The notes below the pieces were generated by a model, which saw nothing but the letters and a program-made list of their open reading frames with translations, was not told the origin of the DNA and ran no database searches. This document shows positions 29,343 through 37,528 of a stretch of 64,000 nt of DNA, one piece after another. Positions within the stretch are counted from its first letter, which is position 1, and each line of letters opens with the position of its first letter. The stretch is from an uncultured Gammaproteobacteria bacterium (GTDB lineage Bacteria; Pseudomonadota; Gammaproteobacteria; JAKDMP01), in the NCBI GenBank assembly GCA_963843735.1, contig CAWJLN010000008.1:60877-124876 (forward strand). The letters run 5' to 3'. A program made the position numbers and the translations under genes.

Positions 29343-31382
29343 TTAAGGTGCGGCTTCGGCCTGCGCTAGCTGTCGCTGCATGCGCTCGACGACCATGCTC
29401 AGCTTGCCGAGCTTGTTGAGTTTTTCCACGCGGGCGAGCATTTCCTTCGCAAGGGCGAAATCGCGGTCGTCGAGCGCGACGTTGAACACGTTGACCTGAA
29501 ACTGCGCAACGCCGCGCACCGCGTTGGCTGCCTGCAGGAGCTTGGGCGCGCTCTTTGCACGTTGGGCCGGCGTGTCGTAGCCGATGAAGTTGGCCTCGGT
29601 GACGAGCACGTTGGCGTAGTTCATTCCGAGTTCGGTAATCCGCGGACTTTTGTCTATCGCGCGGAACAGGCGCTGAATTTCGCCCGGCTGGATGCGGCAT
29701 TGATGCCGCGTGTAGCAGCCGACGAGCGCCTCCAGCGCGTTGACGTCGGAGACCGTGAACGGGCGCTCGCCCACGGCCTTGACCATGCCGTCGAACCAGG
29801 CGTTCGGCACGGGTTGATCGGTTTGCGCGGCGAGGAGAATCATCGCGACCCAGGGATCGAGCCCCGCGTTTTTTACCTGCGTCGCCTTCTGGGCGTCGGC
29901 AAAGGCGGGCTGCATGTATTGGCGATCGCCGCCGAGCGCAAGGTTGGTCTCGATGCGCGCGAGCAGATACGTGCCGCGCGGCGATTGCGGATGGTGGCTC
30001 GCCTCCGCGTGTGCGAGCGCGAGGTTGCTGCGCCAGTTCCAGGCGCGCGCCGCCGTCGTCAGGCCGAGTGCAATCACGGCTAGCGTTGCGGCGACGGCGA
30101 GCAATGTACGCAGGCGCGGCGCGCGCGCATACAGCAGAACCAGCGCCGCAACCGCGAGGATGACGCCCCAGTCGGCGAGATAGACGCGATGCTCATAGAC
30201 CAGTTCCAGCGGAAAGACGGTGGATTCGAGCACCTGTGCGGCGAAGAACCAGACGATGCCGAGCGCGACCAGCGGCCGGCGCCGGCGCAGCCACCAGGCG
30301 AGCACGAGCAGCGCCGCGATCAGCAGGAAGGAAAGCAGCGTGGTCGGCGGCGAGAGCAGCCCCGTCGAGATCGCGATATCGTCGTGATGCAGGGCCATTG
30401 CCGACAGGCGTGGCACGAGAATCAGGCCGAGATAAAAGATGACCACGCGGCCCTCGGTCAGCACTCGCTCGGGCAAGTTGAATTCGCGGGTGACGAAGCC
30501 GTGGTCGTTCAATACGCCTGGAAGCGTTTGGTACAAACCGATGGCGGCGGGCAGAAAAAGCAGGACCGCGTACAGCCACCAGATTTTTCGTGCAGTGCGT
30601 TCGTCGCTATCCCTGAAGCGGAATACGAAGACTTCGAGCAGCAGGGTAAAAAGCGGCAGCAATACGCCCGTTTCCTTGCACAAGGCGCCGATCGCGGTAA
30701 ACACGGCCACCACCGCCGCGATCAGAATCAGCTTCGGCCAGGTAGTGGCCGTGAACCGCTCGCGCAGATGCACATAGAGCCACAGGCCGGCGAGCGTGAA
30801 CAGGGTGGCGAGAATGGTTTCGCGCTGTACCGCGTAGAGAATCGGCGTCAGGTTCATCGGATGCAGTGCCCAGGCGGCACCGATCGCGAGCGCTATCCAT
30901 TCCACGCGCAGGCGGCTCGTTTCAGGCGAGAGGCGGCGACGCCAGGCAAGCAGCAGGGCGCGCGTGAAGCCGGTCAGGAGCACCACGGCAATCAGATGCA
31001 GGACGAGGTTGATGGTCTTGAACGTGTGCGGATGCAGGCCGAAGAAATAGCGCTCAAGCGCGAAGCTCAAGAGCGAGAGCGGACGTCCGAGCGGGCCCGC
31101 ATTGAACGACCACATCGCGTGCCATAGATGCGCCCACGAAAACCCGTGCATGACGAGGTCGCCGTTGTTGACGATATTGCCGTAGTCGTCAAGCAGCCAG
31201 CCACCGGTGAGCCCGGACATGTACACCAGCCAGGTTGCGACCAGTACGAGGACGACAAGCGCCCAGCGGCCGTAAGGCCCCTCGGGCCAGCGCACGATGT
31301 CGAGTGGGCTGCCGCCGGTTTGCGGCGGTGGGGGCGGGGCGGCGGGCGTCTTGCGGCGTTTCGTGTTCTTGCGTCGGCTCAT
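29343..31382 (-). CDS. TMTC-like membrane glycosyltransferase, paralogue 3 (no repeat insertion)
   Basis: TM1 then WLLDDYGNIVNN, RPLS, HPMN..YAVQR, KE, ERVLTEGRV, EHRVYL, W+helical C-domain. Confidence 0.75.
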   Translation of the reverse strand: MSRRKNTKRRKTPAAPPPPPQTGGSPLDIVRWPEGPYGRWALVVLVLVATWLVYMSGLTGGWLLDDYGNIVNNGDLVMHGFSWAHLWHAMWSFNAGPLGRPLSLLSFALERYFFGLHPHTFKTINLVLHLIAVVLLTGFTRALLLAWRRRLSPETSRLRVEWIALAIGAAWALHPMNLTPILYAVQRETILATLFTLAGLWLYVHLRERFTATTWPKLILIAAVVAVFTAIGALCKETGVLLPLFTLLLEVFVFRFRDSDERTARKIWWLYAVLLFLPAAIGLYQTLPGVLNDHGFVTREFNLPERVLTEGRVVIFYLGLILVPRLSAMALHHDDIAISTGLLSPPTTLLSFLLIAALLVLAWWLRRRRPLVALGIVWFFAAQVLESTVFPLELVYEHRVYLADWGVILAVAALVLLYARAPRLRTLLAVAATLAVIALGLTTAARAWNWRSNLALAHAEASHHPQSPRGTYLLARIETNLALGGDRQYMQPAFADAQKATQVKNAGLDPWVAMILLAAQTDQPVPNAWFDGMVKAVGERPFTVSDVNALEALVGCYTRHQCRIQPGEIQRLFRAIDKSPRITELGMNYANVLVTEANFIGYDTPAQRAKSAPKLLQAANAVRGVAQFQVNVFNVALDDRDFALAKEMLARVEKLNKLGKLSMVVERMQRQLAQAEAAP

Positions 31383-33694
31383 GGTTTACTGCTGTCGGCG
31401 GGTGGGTAAAGGCGGTTGATGAGTTGATCCAGTTTGCGGATGTCGGGATTGCTCATTCCCAGACGGTTGAGTCGGCGCAGCGCCGCAAGTTCCCGGCGTG
31501 CGCCGGCAGCGTCTCCGCTGGCGGCGAGACAGACGCCGAGACTGAAATGATAACCGGGTGAGCCGGGATTGTGCTTCAGCAAGGCCCTGAAAATGCCCGC
31601 CGCCGCCTTGGGTTGGCCGAGCGCATTGAGCAGATAGTTGCCGTAAATCGCCATGACGTAATGGTTTGGCGCGGGGTGGCGCAGCGCCGCCGCGAATACC
31701 GTGATCATGGCACCGGACGGGAAAACGCAAGGGTTCTTTTCGCGGGTCGCGCAATGTCCCAGCGCGTTCAGCGCCGAAATATCCTGGGTATTCGGCGGTT
31801 GCGCATGCAGTCTGTCCGCCATCGCCCGGAACCAGTCGAGACGCATGGGTTCGCCTTGATCATGCGCGAGGAGAACCAGCCCGGAGAGGGCGATGATGCT
31901 TTGTCCCGGCACCCGGTTGGCCGTCTCCAGCGCCTTGCGCGCCGCGGGGGCGAACTTGGGATTGTTGCGGGCGATGATCAGGAGCGCGCGCCCGAAGGCA
32001 TAAGTTGCGCGCGGGGAATCCGGGTGCGTGCGCGCGTCAATCGCCGTGTGGATCAGGGGGTTCGACCAGTTCAGCGAGCGCAACGCAAGGCCCGCGCCGC
32101 AGAGCACGATGATGGCAATCACGGCGGTGATCCGTGCCGCACGCAGCCTTTCGCGGGGGCGGGCGAGAAGCAGAATTCCGAACACCGCAAAAAACAGTCC
32201 CAGCGAAGGCAGATATTCACGATGCTCGAATACCAGCTCCAGCGGGAAGATGCTTGCGGTGAGCGCCTGGCCGGTGAGAAACCACAGGATGCCGAAAGCG
32301 ATCAGCGGCCGGCGCCGCGCGCAGGCGAAGCCGGCGCCGGCAAGCGCGGTGATCCCCGCCCAGGCGGGAAGCGTCGTCCACGGCGAGAAGAGACCGCGCG
32401 AGATCGGGAAGGCGTCGTGGTAAAGCGTCATCGCGTGGATGTTCGGCACCAACGTCCAGTAGAGGTAATGCCAGATCACGCGCCCTTCGGTGAGCAGGCG
32501 TTCGCCGAACGTGAAGTCGCGCGCGGCCCAGGCCTGCGGTGAAAGCACGCCTGGCAGCAGCCAGGCGAGTCCAAGCACAAGCGGCAGCAGCAGAAACACC
32601 GCGAAGTACGCAATACTTGTCCACGCCACCGTTCCCCGGGTTTCTTTTATTCCGCTGGAGGGTGCAAATTTCATGTTCCCTCTCCCATCTTCTCCCTCTC
32701 CACGAAGTGGAGAGGGCCGGGGTGAGGCGCGGGAGAGGGTTAGGGTGAGGGGTAAAAGCCATTTGCGCTGCATCGGTTGTTCTTCACCCTCACCCCAACC
32801 CTCTCCCGTCAAGGGAGAGGGTGAAGATTCTCTCCCCCTTGCCGACGCAGGCGGGAAGGGGGAGCGGGAGGGGGATTCCTTCCCGGTTTCTTGCATTCCG
32901 TTGTGGAAACGGAAAAACACCCACTCGATTACGAGGGCGTAGAGCAGCGTGAGCGCGCCCGATTCCTTCGTCAAAACCGACAGCGGCGTCAACACCAGTG
33001 CCGCCAGAAGCAGCAGGACAACGGCTCCGAACCGGCGCCGATGCTCGAACAGCCATTTGCGCCCCACGATGAAGACAATCAGCGCGAGCAGCGTGAAAGT
33101 TGCGGCGAGCGAGGTCATGCGCTGCACCGTGTACAGCACCGCCGTCAGATTGATCGGCGCGAGCAACCAGGCCGCCGCCACCGCCAGCGCCGTCATATTT
33201 TCGGAAACCGTGATTGAAAGCGGGTAGGAGCGGCGGTCCCCGCCGCGATGGGAGGCATCCGCTTGCATGTGATCGCGACGGGGACCGTCGCTCCTACCTG
33301 TGAAACGGCGCCGCGGCAGCAATAAGGCACCGTCCTTGAGGCGTGCATATTCGCGGAGCAGCAGACGCAACAGCAGAAACACCAGCACGCCGTTCAGGAG
33401 ATGGATCGCGAGATTGACGATCTTCATCGGCCGCGCGTACATGCCGTTGAAGTAATCGTTCAGCGCAAAGCTGGCCATCGCGATCGGACGATCCAGCGTG
33501 CCGACCGAGGGCATGCTGAGCGCGGCGCGCATCATCGCGCCGGGCGTCAGCCGGTGGATTTTCAGCGCCGGGTTCTCGACGATGTTCGGGTAATCATCGA
33601 ACATGAATCCGCCGTGCGTACCCGGCCAATAGGCGAGCGCCGTCGCCGCGAGCACCACGGCCAAACCAAGCCAGGGCAAGCAACGGCGGCTCAT
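31379..33694 (-). CDS. TMTC-like membrane glycosyltransferase, paralogue 2 (two in-frame repeat insertions)
   Basis: FMFDDYPNIVENP, RPIA, YTVQRM, KESG, ERLLTEGRV, EHREYLPS; ATGA overlaps at both ends. Confidence 0.75.
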   Translation of the reverse strand: MSRRCLPWLGLAVVLAATALAYWPGTHGGFMFDDYPNIVENPALKIHRLTPGAMMRAALSMPSVGTLDRPIAMASFALNDYFNGMYARPMKIVNLAIHLLNGVLVFLLLRLLLREYARLKDGALLLPRRRFTGRSDGPRRDHMQADASHRGGDRRSYPLSITVSENMTALAVAAAWLLAPINLTAVLYTVQRMTSLAATFTLLALIVFIVGRKWLFEHRRRFGAVVLLLLAALVLTPLSVLTKESGALTLLYALVIEWVFFRFHNGMQETGKESPSRSPFPPASARGRESSPSPLTGEGWGEGEEQPMQRKWLLPLTLTLSRASPRPSPLRGEGEDGRGNMKFAPSSGIKETRGTVAWTSIAYFAVFLLLPLVLGLAWLLPGVLSPQAWAARDFTFGERLLTEGRVIWHYLYWTLVPNIHAMTLYHDAFPISRGLFSPWTTLPAWAGITALAGAGFACARRRPLIAFGILWFLTGQALTASIFPLELVFEHREYLPSLGLFFAVFGILLLARPRERLRAARITAVIAIIVLCGAGLALRSLNWSNPLIHTAIDARTHPDSPRATYAFGRALLIIARNNPKFAPAARKALETANRVPGQSIIALSGLVLLAHDQGEPMRLDWFRAMADRLHAQPPNTQDISALNALGHCATREKNPCVFPSGAMITVFAAALRHPAPNHYVMAIYGNYLLNALGQPKAAAGIFRALLKHNPGSPGYHFSLGVCLAASGDAAGARRELAALRRLNRLGMSNPDIRKLDQLINRLYPPADSSKP
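32678..32878. repeat. Family B/C repeat cluster inside paralogue 2
   Basis: Nested family B copies, an inverted family B copy and a family C copy; encodes ESPSRSPFP..SPSPLTGEGWGEG..PLTLTLSR..PSPLRGEG. Confidence 0.88.
33224..33297. repeat. GTAG-REP doublet (REPIN) inside paralogue 2
   Basis: gtaggagcggcggtccccgccgcgat-22 nt-atcgcgacggggaccgtcgctcctac; same REP as flanks the RAYT. Confidence 0.9.
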
Positions 33695-35943
33695 GGTTTG
33701 TGCGCCGCTTTGGATGCGCGCAATTGTTTTTCGAGAGCGGCACGTACGCGCTTGAAGGACTCGCTGTACCAACCGCTGCGCTCGAGCCACCAGCGATGCA
33801 GACGCGCCATGTTCCAGCCGTGCGCTTGCGGCTTCTCAAGCCTCCGGTATTCGTCGAGCAGCTTCAGGCCGAGCCGCGGCTTGTGCGCCACATACATGTC
33901 GGCGGCGGTGACAAGTGCCGTATCCGGTTTCGGCACGAGCGGCAGCGATTGCGCAAAGGCATCGAAGGCTTCTCCGGCTTTGCCCTGACGCAGCAGCAAA
34001 CGCCCGCGCAGTACCAGGAATTCCTGGCGCAGCGCCGGGTACGGATTGAAGTGCGGGTTGGCGAGCGCCGCCGTCGGAATCGCCTGCAATCCGGCGGTGG
34101 TAAGCGGTGGGCAGGGAGCGCTCTCGATGCGTTTGGCGAGCCGCGCGACGCCATTGTAGATAAGGCCCGAGCCTGCCCGGGAATGCGCCGCGGCATAGAC
34201 CGTCGCCACGAGATCGGCGGGTCTCGCCTGCCGCAGCTCGCAGGCGACGTTGAGCGCGCTGAGCGCGATGCTGATGTTGTCCGGTTGTGCGCGCGTCGCG
34301 AGGCGCAGTTTCTTGAGCGCGAGGTCCGGATGTCCGGCGGCCGTAAGTCCTTCGGATCCCCACACCTGTGCGCGCGTGGAATGGGGATTCAGCCGCATCC
34401 AGACGAGTGAAAGTTCCGCACCCTTGCCCCAGAGATCGGCGCGCAATGCGGTGAACGCGAGAAGCAGTACAAGTGCGAACGTTGCGATGCCAGCACGCAG
34501 CGCGCGGGTGCCGGGTCCGCGCAGTATCCACCATGCGAGCGGCCAGAAAAGAAGCGCCGCCGGGAGATAGTTGCGATGTTCGTAAAAGAGTTCCAGCGGA
34601 ATAGTGGTGGATTCCAGCAACTGCCCGGCGAGATAAAACAGGATTGCCGCGGCGAGCACGGGCAGGCGCCGGCGCACGGCGAATGCGAAGGCGATCAACG
34701 CGGCGACGATCAGGATGGCGGGCAGTGTCGTCCACGGATCGAACAGGCCGTGCGAAACCGCGACGCTCGTGAACAAACCCTGTGTTCCGGCATGCGGAAT
34801 CACGAGGAGGTACAGATAATCCACCAGCACCCGCCCTTCGGTGAGCAGGCGTTCGAGGATGGTGAAATTGCGGTAGGGCAGTGAAGTCAGTGCGTGACGA
34901 AGCGGGTAGAGGACGTAGGCGAACAGGGCTAACGAAGGCAGCCACAGAAAAATCGCCCGGAACGCAAGAAATCCCCCTCCAACTCCCCCTTCCCGCCTGC
35001 GGCGGCAAAGGGGAGGGCAGGATTTCTTTTCCCCTTCCCGCCTGCGGCGGCAAAGGGGAGGGCAGGATTTCTTTCCCCCTTCCCGCCTGCGGCGGCAAAG
35101 GGGAGGGCAGGATTTTCCTCCCCCTTGCCCGTCTTCGGGGAAGGGGGAGCGGGAGGGGGATTCTTCTTGCCCCCTCTCCCCTTGCGGGAGAGGGTTGGGG
35201 TGAGGGGTATTGCCGCGCGGCGCCGATTGTTTCTCACCCTCACCCCCGCCCTCTCCCGTCAAGGGAGAGGGGGAAGAAGACAACACCGTCCATTCCAGCA
35301 CGAGCGCGAGTAGCGGCAGCAGCGCCGCGTTTTCTTTCGACAAGGTGCCGAAAAAAGTGCCGCCGACGATGCCGACAATCATTAACGTGTAAGCGGAGCG
35401 CGTGTGCCCCGCATTCAGCCGCGCGCGTCCCCAGACGTAGAGGTTCAAGCCCGCGAACACGAACAGCGCGGCGAGGATCGTCATGCGCTGCACCACGTAA
35501 AGCGTGGTCGAGACGAAGAGCGGATGCGCCAGCCACAATCCGGCGCCGAGTATGCCGACCCACATCGCGCGCCGTGCGTCGAGTCCGCGCGCCAGCGAAA
35601 GTTGGCGCAGCAGCAGTGCGAGCAATGCGCCCGACAGAAGATGCAGCAGCAGATTGCTGAGCTTGAATGGCCAGGGGTTTGCCGGCCAGTTGTGCGCGTC
35701 CATTAGAAAGCTTGCAAGCGCGAGCGGGCGCCCGGTCGGCCCGGCGATGCCGCTGGTGAGATAGCTCGCGAGCGTCACCGGATTGTCCACCGGTCCATAG
35801 GCGCCGAGCGCCGGCAGATTCGCCCAGTCGTCGAGCAGGAACGGCCCGGAGAGGCCGGGGTAATAGGCGGCGGCTACGAGACCGAGCAGGCCGAGCAACG
35901 CCAGCCAGGGCAGGAACGGGCGCAGGCGGAGCGGAATACGCAT
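33691..35943 (-). CDS. TMTC-like membrane glycosyltransferase, paralogue 1 (~104-aa in-frame repeat insertion)
   Basis: FLLDDWANL, GRPLA, HPLF..YVVQRM, KENA, ERLLTEGRV, EHRNYLP. Confidence 0.75.
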   Translation of the reverse strand: MRIPLRLRPFLPWLALLGLLGLVAAAYYPGLSGPFLLDDWANLPALGAYGPVDNPVTLASYLTSGIAGPTGRPLALASFLMDAHNWPANPWPFKLSNLLLHLLSGALLALLLRQLSLARGLDARRAMWVGILGAGLWLAHPLFVSTTLYVVQRMTILAALFVFAGLNLYVWGRARLNAGHTRSAYTLMIVGIVGGTFFGTLSKENAALLPLLALVLEWTVLSSSPSPLTGEGGGEGEKQSAPRGNTPHPNPLPQGERGQEESPSRSPFPEDGQGGGKSCPPLCRRRREGGKKSCPPLCRRRREGEKKSCPPLCRRRREGGVGGGFLAFRAIFLWLPSLALFAYVLYPLRHALTSLPYRNFTILERLLTEGRVLVDYLYLLVIPHAGTQGLFTSVAVSHGLFDPWTTLPAILIVAALIAFAFAVRRRLPVLAAAILFYLAGQLLESTTIPLELFYEHRNYLPAALLFWPLAWWILRGPGTRALRAGIATFALVLLLAFTALRADLWGKGAELSLVWMRLNPHSTRAQVWGSEGLTAAGHPDLALKKLRLATRAQPDNISIALSALNVACELRQARPADLVATVYAAAHSRAGSGLIYNGVARLAKRIESAPCPPLTTAGLQAIPTAALANPHFNPYPALRQEFLVLRGRLLLRQGKAGEAFDAFAQSLPLVPKPDTALVTAADMYVAHKPRLGLKLLDEYRRLEKPQAHGWNMARLHRWWLERSGWYSESFKRVRAALEKQLRASKAAHKP
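34969..35280. repeat. Family C tandem array (3 x 45 bp) plus family C and family B copies inside paralogue 1
   Basis: ccccttcccgcctgcggcggcaaaggggagggcaggattt starts at 34986, 35031 and 35076; family B doublet at 35172-35275. Confidence 0.92.
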
Positions 35944-36002
35944 GGCGGCATTCTACGGGGTCGGGAAATCGCGGCGGGACCTGCGTGATTTATCGTGCCG
36001 AT

Positions 36003-36026
36003 AAAAAAGGCCCGCCGAAGCGGGCC
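36003..36026 (-). terminator. Intrinsic terminator of pilA
   Basis: Minus strand GGCCCGC-TTCG-GCGGGCC-TTTTTT. Confidence 0.85.
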
Positions 36027-36069
36027 CAGTACGCGTGTCCGCCGCATCGCGGCGGGAGGAGAACTCGGT

Positions 36070-36549
36070 TCAGCCGGTGTGGCGGCAGTTGGACGGTACC
36101 AAGCTGTAGACGCTGGCATTATCCACTTTGCAGATCCAGGTGATGGAACCGCCTGTGGCGACCGGCGAAAGAATCAGGTAATGGCCATCGAGCTTTTTGT
36201 TGGCCTCGCAAGTGACGCCTGGGCCAACGGTAGCTCCGTTGGTGCAGAAGGTGGCCTTAATCTGGCCGGTGGACATCACTTCGGTGGTCTTGACGTATTT
36301 GCCGATGATGCTTCCGGCCGGAGCGGCTCCCGCCGTGGCATTGCCATCCGGCAAGGTTCCATTGCTGTTGTAGTAGTCAACAATGGTGGGCTCGAGACTG
36401 CTGGCGAGCGAGAACGCGCCGGCTGTCTGCGCACGAGCGGTGTAGTTGAGATAAAGGGGAATCGCAATCGCCGCCAGGATGGCGATGATCGCGACCACGA
36501 TCATCAATTCGATCAGGGTAAAACCCTGTTGCTTGTGTCTGCTGTTCAT
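36070..36549 (-). CDS. pilA: Type IVa major pilin
   Basis: MNSRHKQQG|FTLIELMIVVAIIAILAAIAIPLY; four Cys including the C-terminal WIC..PSNC D-region. Confidence 0.95.
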   Translation of the reverse strand: MNSRHKQQGFTLIELMIVVAIIAILAAIAIPLYLNYTARAQTAGAFSLASSLEPTIVDYYNSNGTLPDGNATAGAAPAGSIIGKYVKTTEVMSTGQIKATFCTNGATVGPGVTCEANKKLDGHYLILSPVATGGSITWICKVDNASVYSLVPSNCRHTG

Positions 36550-36608
36550 AAAATATTCCTCACGCTTGCAAGTTGAAGGTGGGTCTCAAGGGCCCACACC
36601 CTGTACGC

Positions 36609-36624
36609 AGCAAGAATCGTGCCA
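36609..36624 (-). promoter_or_regulatory. Sigma54 (-24/-12) promoter of pilA
   Basis: Minus strand TGGCAC-gattc-TTGCT, 60 nt upstream of the pilA ATG. Confidence 0.88.
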
Positions 36625-36748
36625 ATTCTCGCGTCCCGCTCGTTTCCGGCGCATCCATCCGGGCCGAATTCCCCATGGAAAGGGCGTTTCAAGCCATTTC
36701 AAGGATATTTCAAAGCACGGTGGGCTCGGCGTGGAAATATCGCCGCGA

Positions 36749-36794
36749 CTGACAAACCCCGACATTTGTGTCACATCCCGCCAAAAATTGTCAC
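36749..36794. promoter_or_regulatory. Putative PilR-type enhancer sites
   Basis: Clustered TGACA/TGTCA half-sites (ctgacaaaccccgacatttgtgtcac..gccaaaaattgtcac) ~130-170 nt upstream of the sigma54 box. Confidence 0.55.
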
Positions 36795-36807
36795 CATCAT
36801 GTCCCTT

Positions 36808-36935
36808 GTAGGAGCGGTCGTCCCGGCCGCGATTGCGGCGGTGGAGTTTTGCAAGGGCTTATCGCGGCGGGGACCGCCGCTCCTACGGGAGGCGAAGTTG
36901 TGGCGTAGGAGCGGTCGTCCCGGCCGCGATGGCAG
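36808..36935. repeat. Three alternating GTAG-REPs (BIME-like) next to the RAYT
   Basis: REPs at 36808-36833 (+), 36861-36886 (-) and 36905-36930 (+). Confidence 0.92.
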
Positions 36936-36938
36936 CGT

Positions 36939-37424
36939 TTAAAGCCAGGCCGCATCCCAGAACGGGTAATCTCCAATACTTGGCACGAGTCCGGCCCGCA
37001 GTGGGTTTGCAATGACGTAACGCGCCATTTTGCGAAGGTCTTCATCGCGCCGCGCGGCATGATCGTGGAATCCGGCTTGCCAGACACGACGGCCCGGGCG
37101 TCCTGCACACAGGTTCAGGCGGCGGGCTGTATAGCCTTTGACGGACCTCATCAGTTCCGAAAGCGTATGTTTCGCGTCGAGCGTAACAAGCCAGTGGAGA
37201 TGGTCGGGCATTACAACCCATGCCAGCGATTGGGTCCGGCCGGTCCGGTGATGATGCGCAAGTGCGCGGGCTACAACGCAGCCGGCGTCGAAGTCGGCGA
37301 ACAACGGTTGGCGATCATGGGTGACGGCGGTGAGTAGATAGGCTTGTTCGGGACCCGAAAAGCGTCCGCGGCGAAGCGCGTGTCCGTGCCACGGTGGATT
37401 GCGCGCAGGCATGTAAGCCGCCAT
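36939..37424 (-). mobile_element. REP-associated tyrosine transposase (RAYT, HUH/Y1)
   Basis: LRRGRFS, MPDHLHWL (HUH), WQAGFHDH, YVIANPLRAGLV; REPs on both sides. Confidence 0.93.
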
Positions 37425-37447
37425 GGAGAAATGGTAACGCTATTGGA

Positions 37448-37522
37448 ATCGCGGCGGGGACCGCCGCTCCTGCGGGAGGCGAGGTTGTGGCGTAGGAGCG
37501 GTCGTCCCGATCGTGATGGCAG
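37448..37522. repeat. REP pair upstream of the RAYT
   Basis: 75-bp direct repeat of 36861-36935 with 5 mismatches. Confidence 0.9.
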
Positions 37523-37528
37523 TCGGAG

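Noticed and set aside
34985-35116. Possible CRISPR array
   Set aside because: Units are contiguous 45-bp tandem copies with no unique spacers, lie inside a CDS, and no cas genes are present
36808-36935. REP cluster as a CRISPR array
   Set aside because: Alternating orientation, GTAG ends and an adjacent RAYT identify REPs
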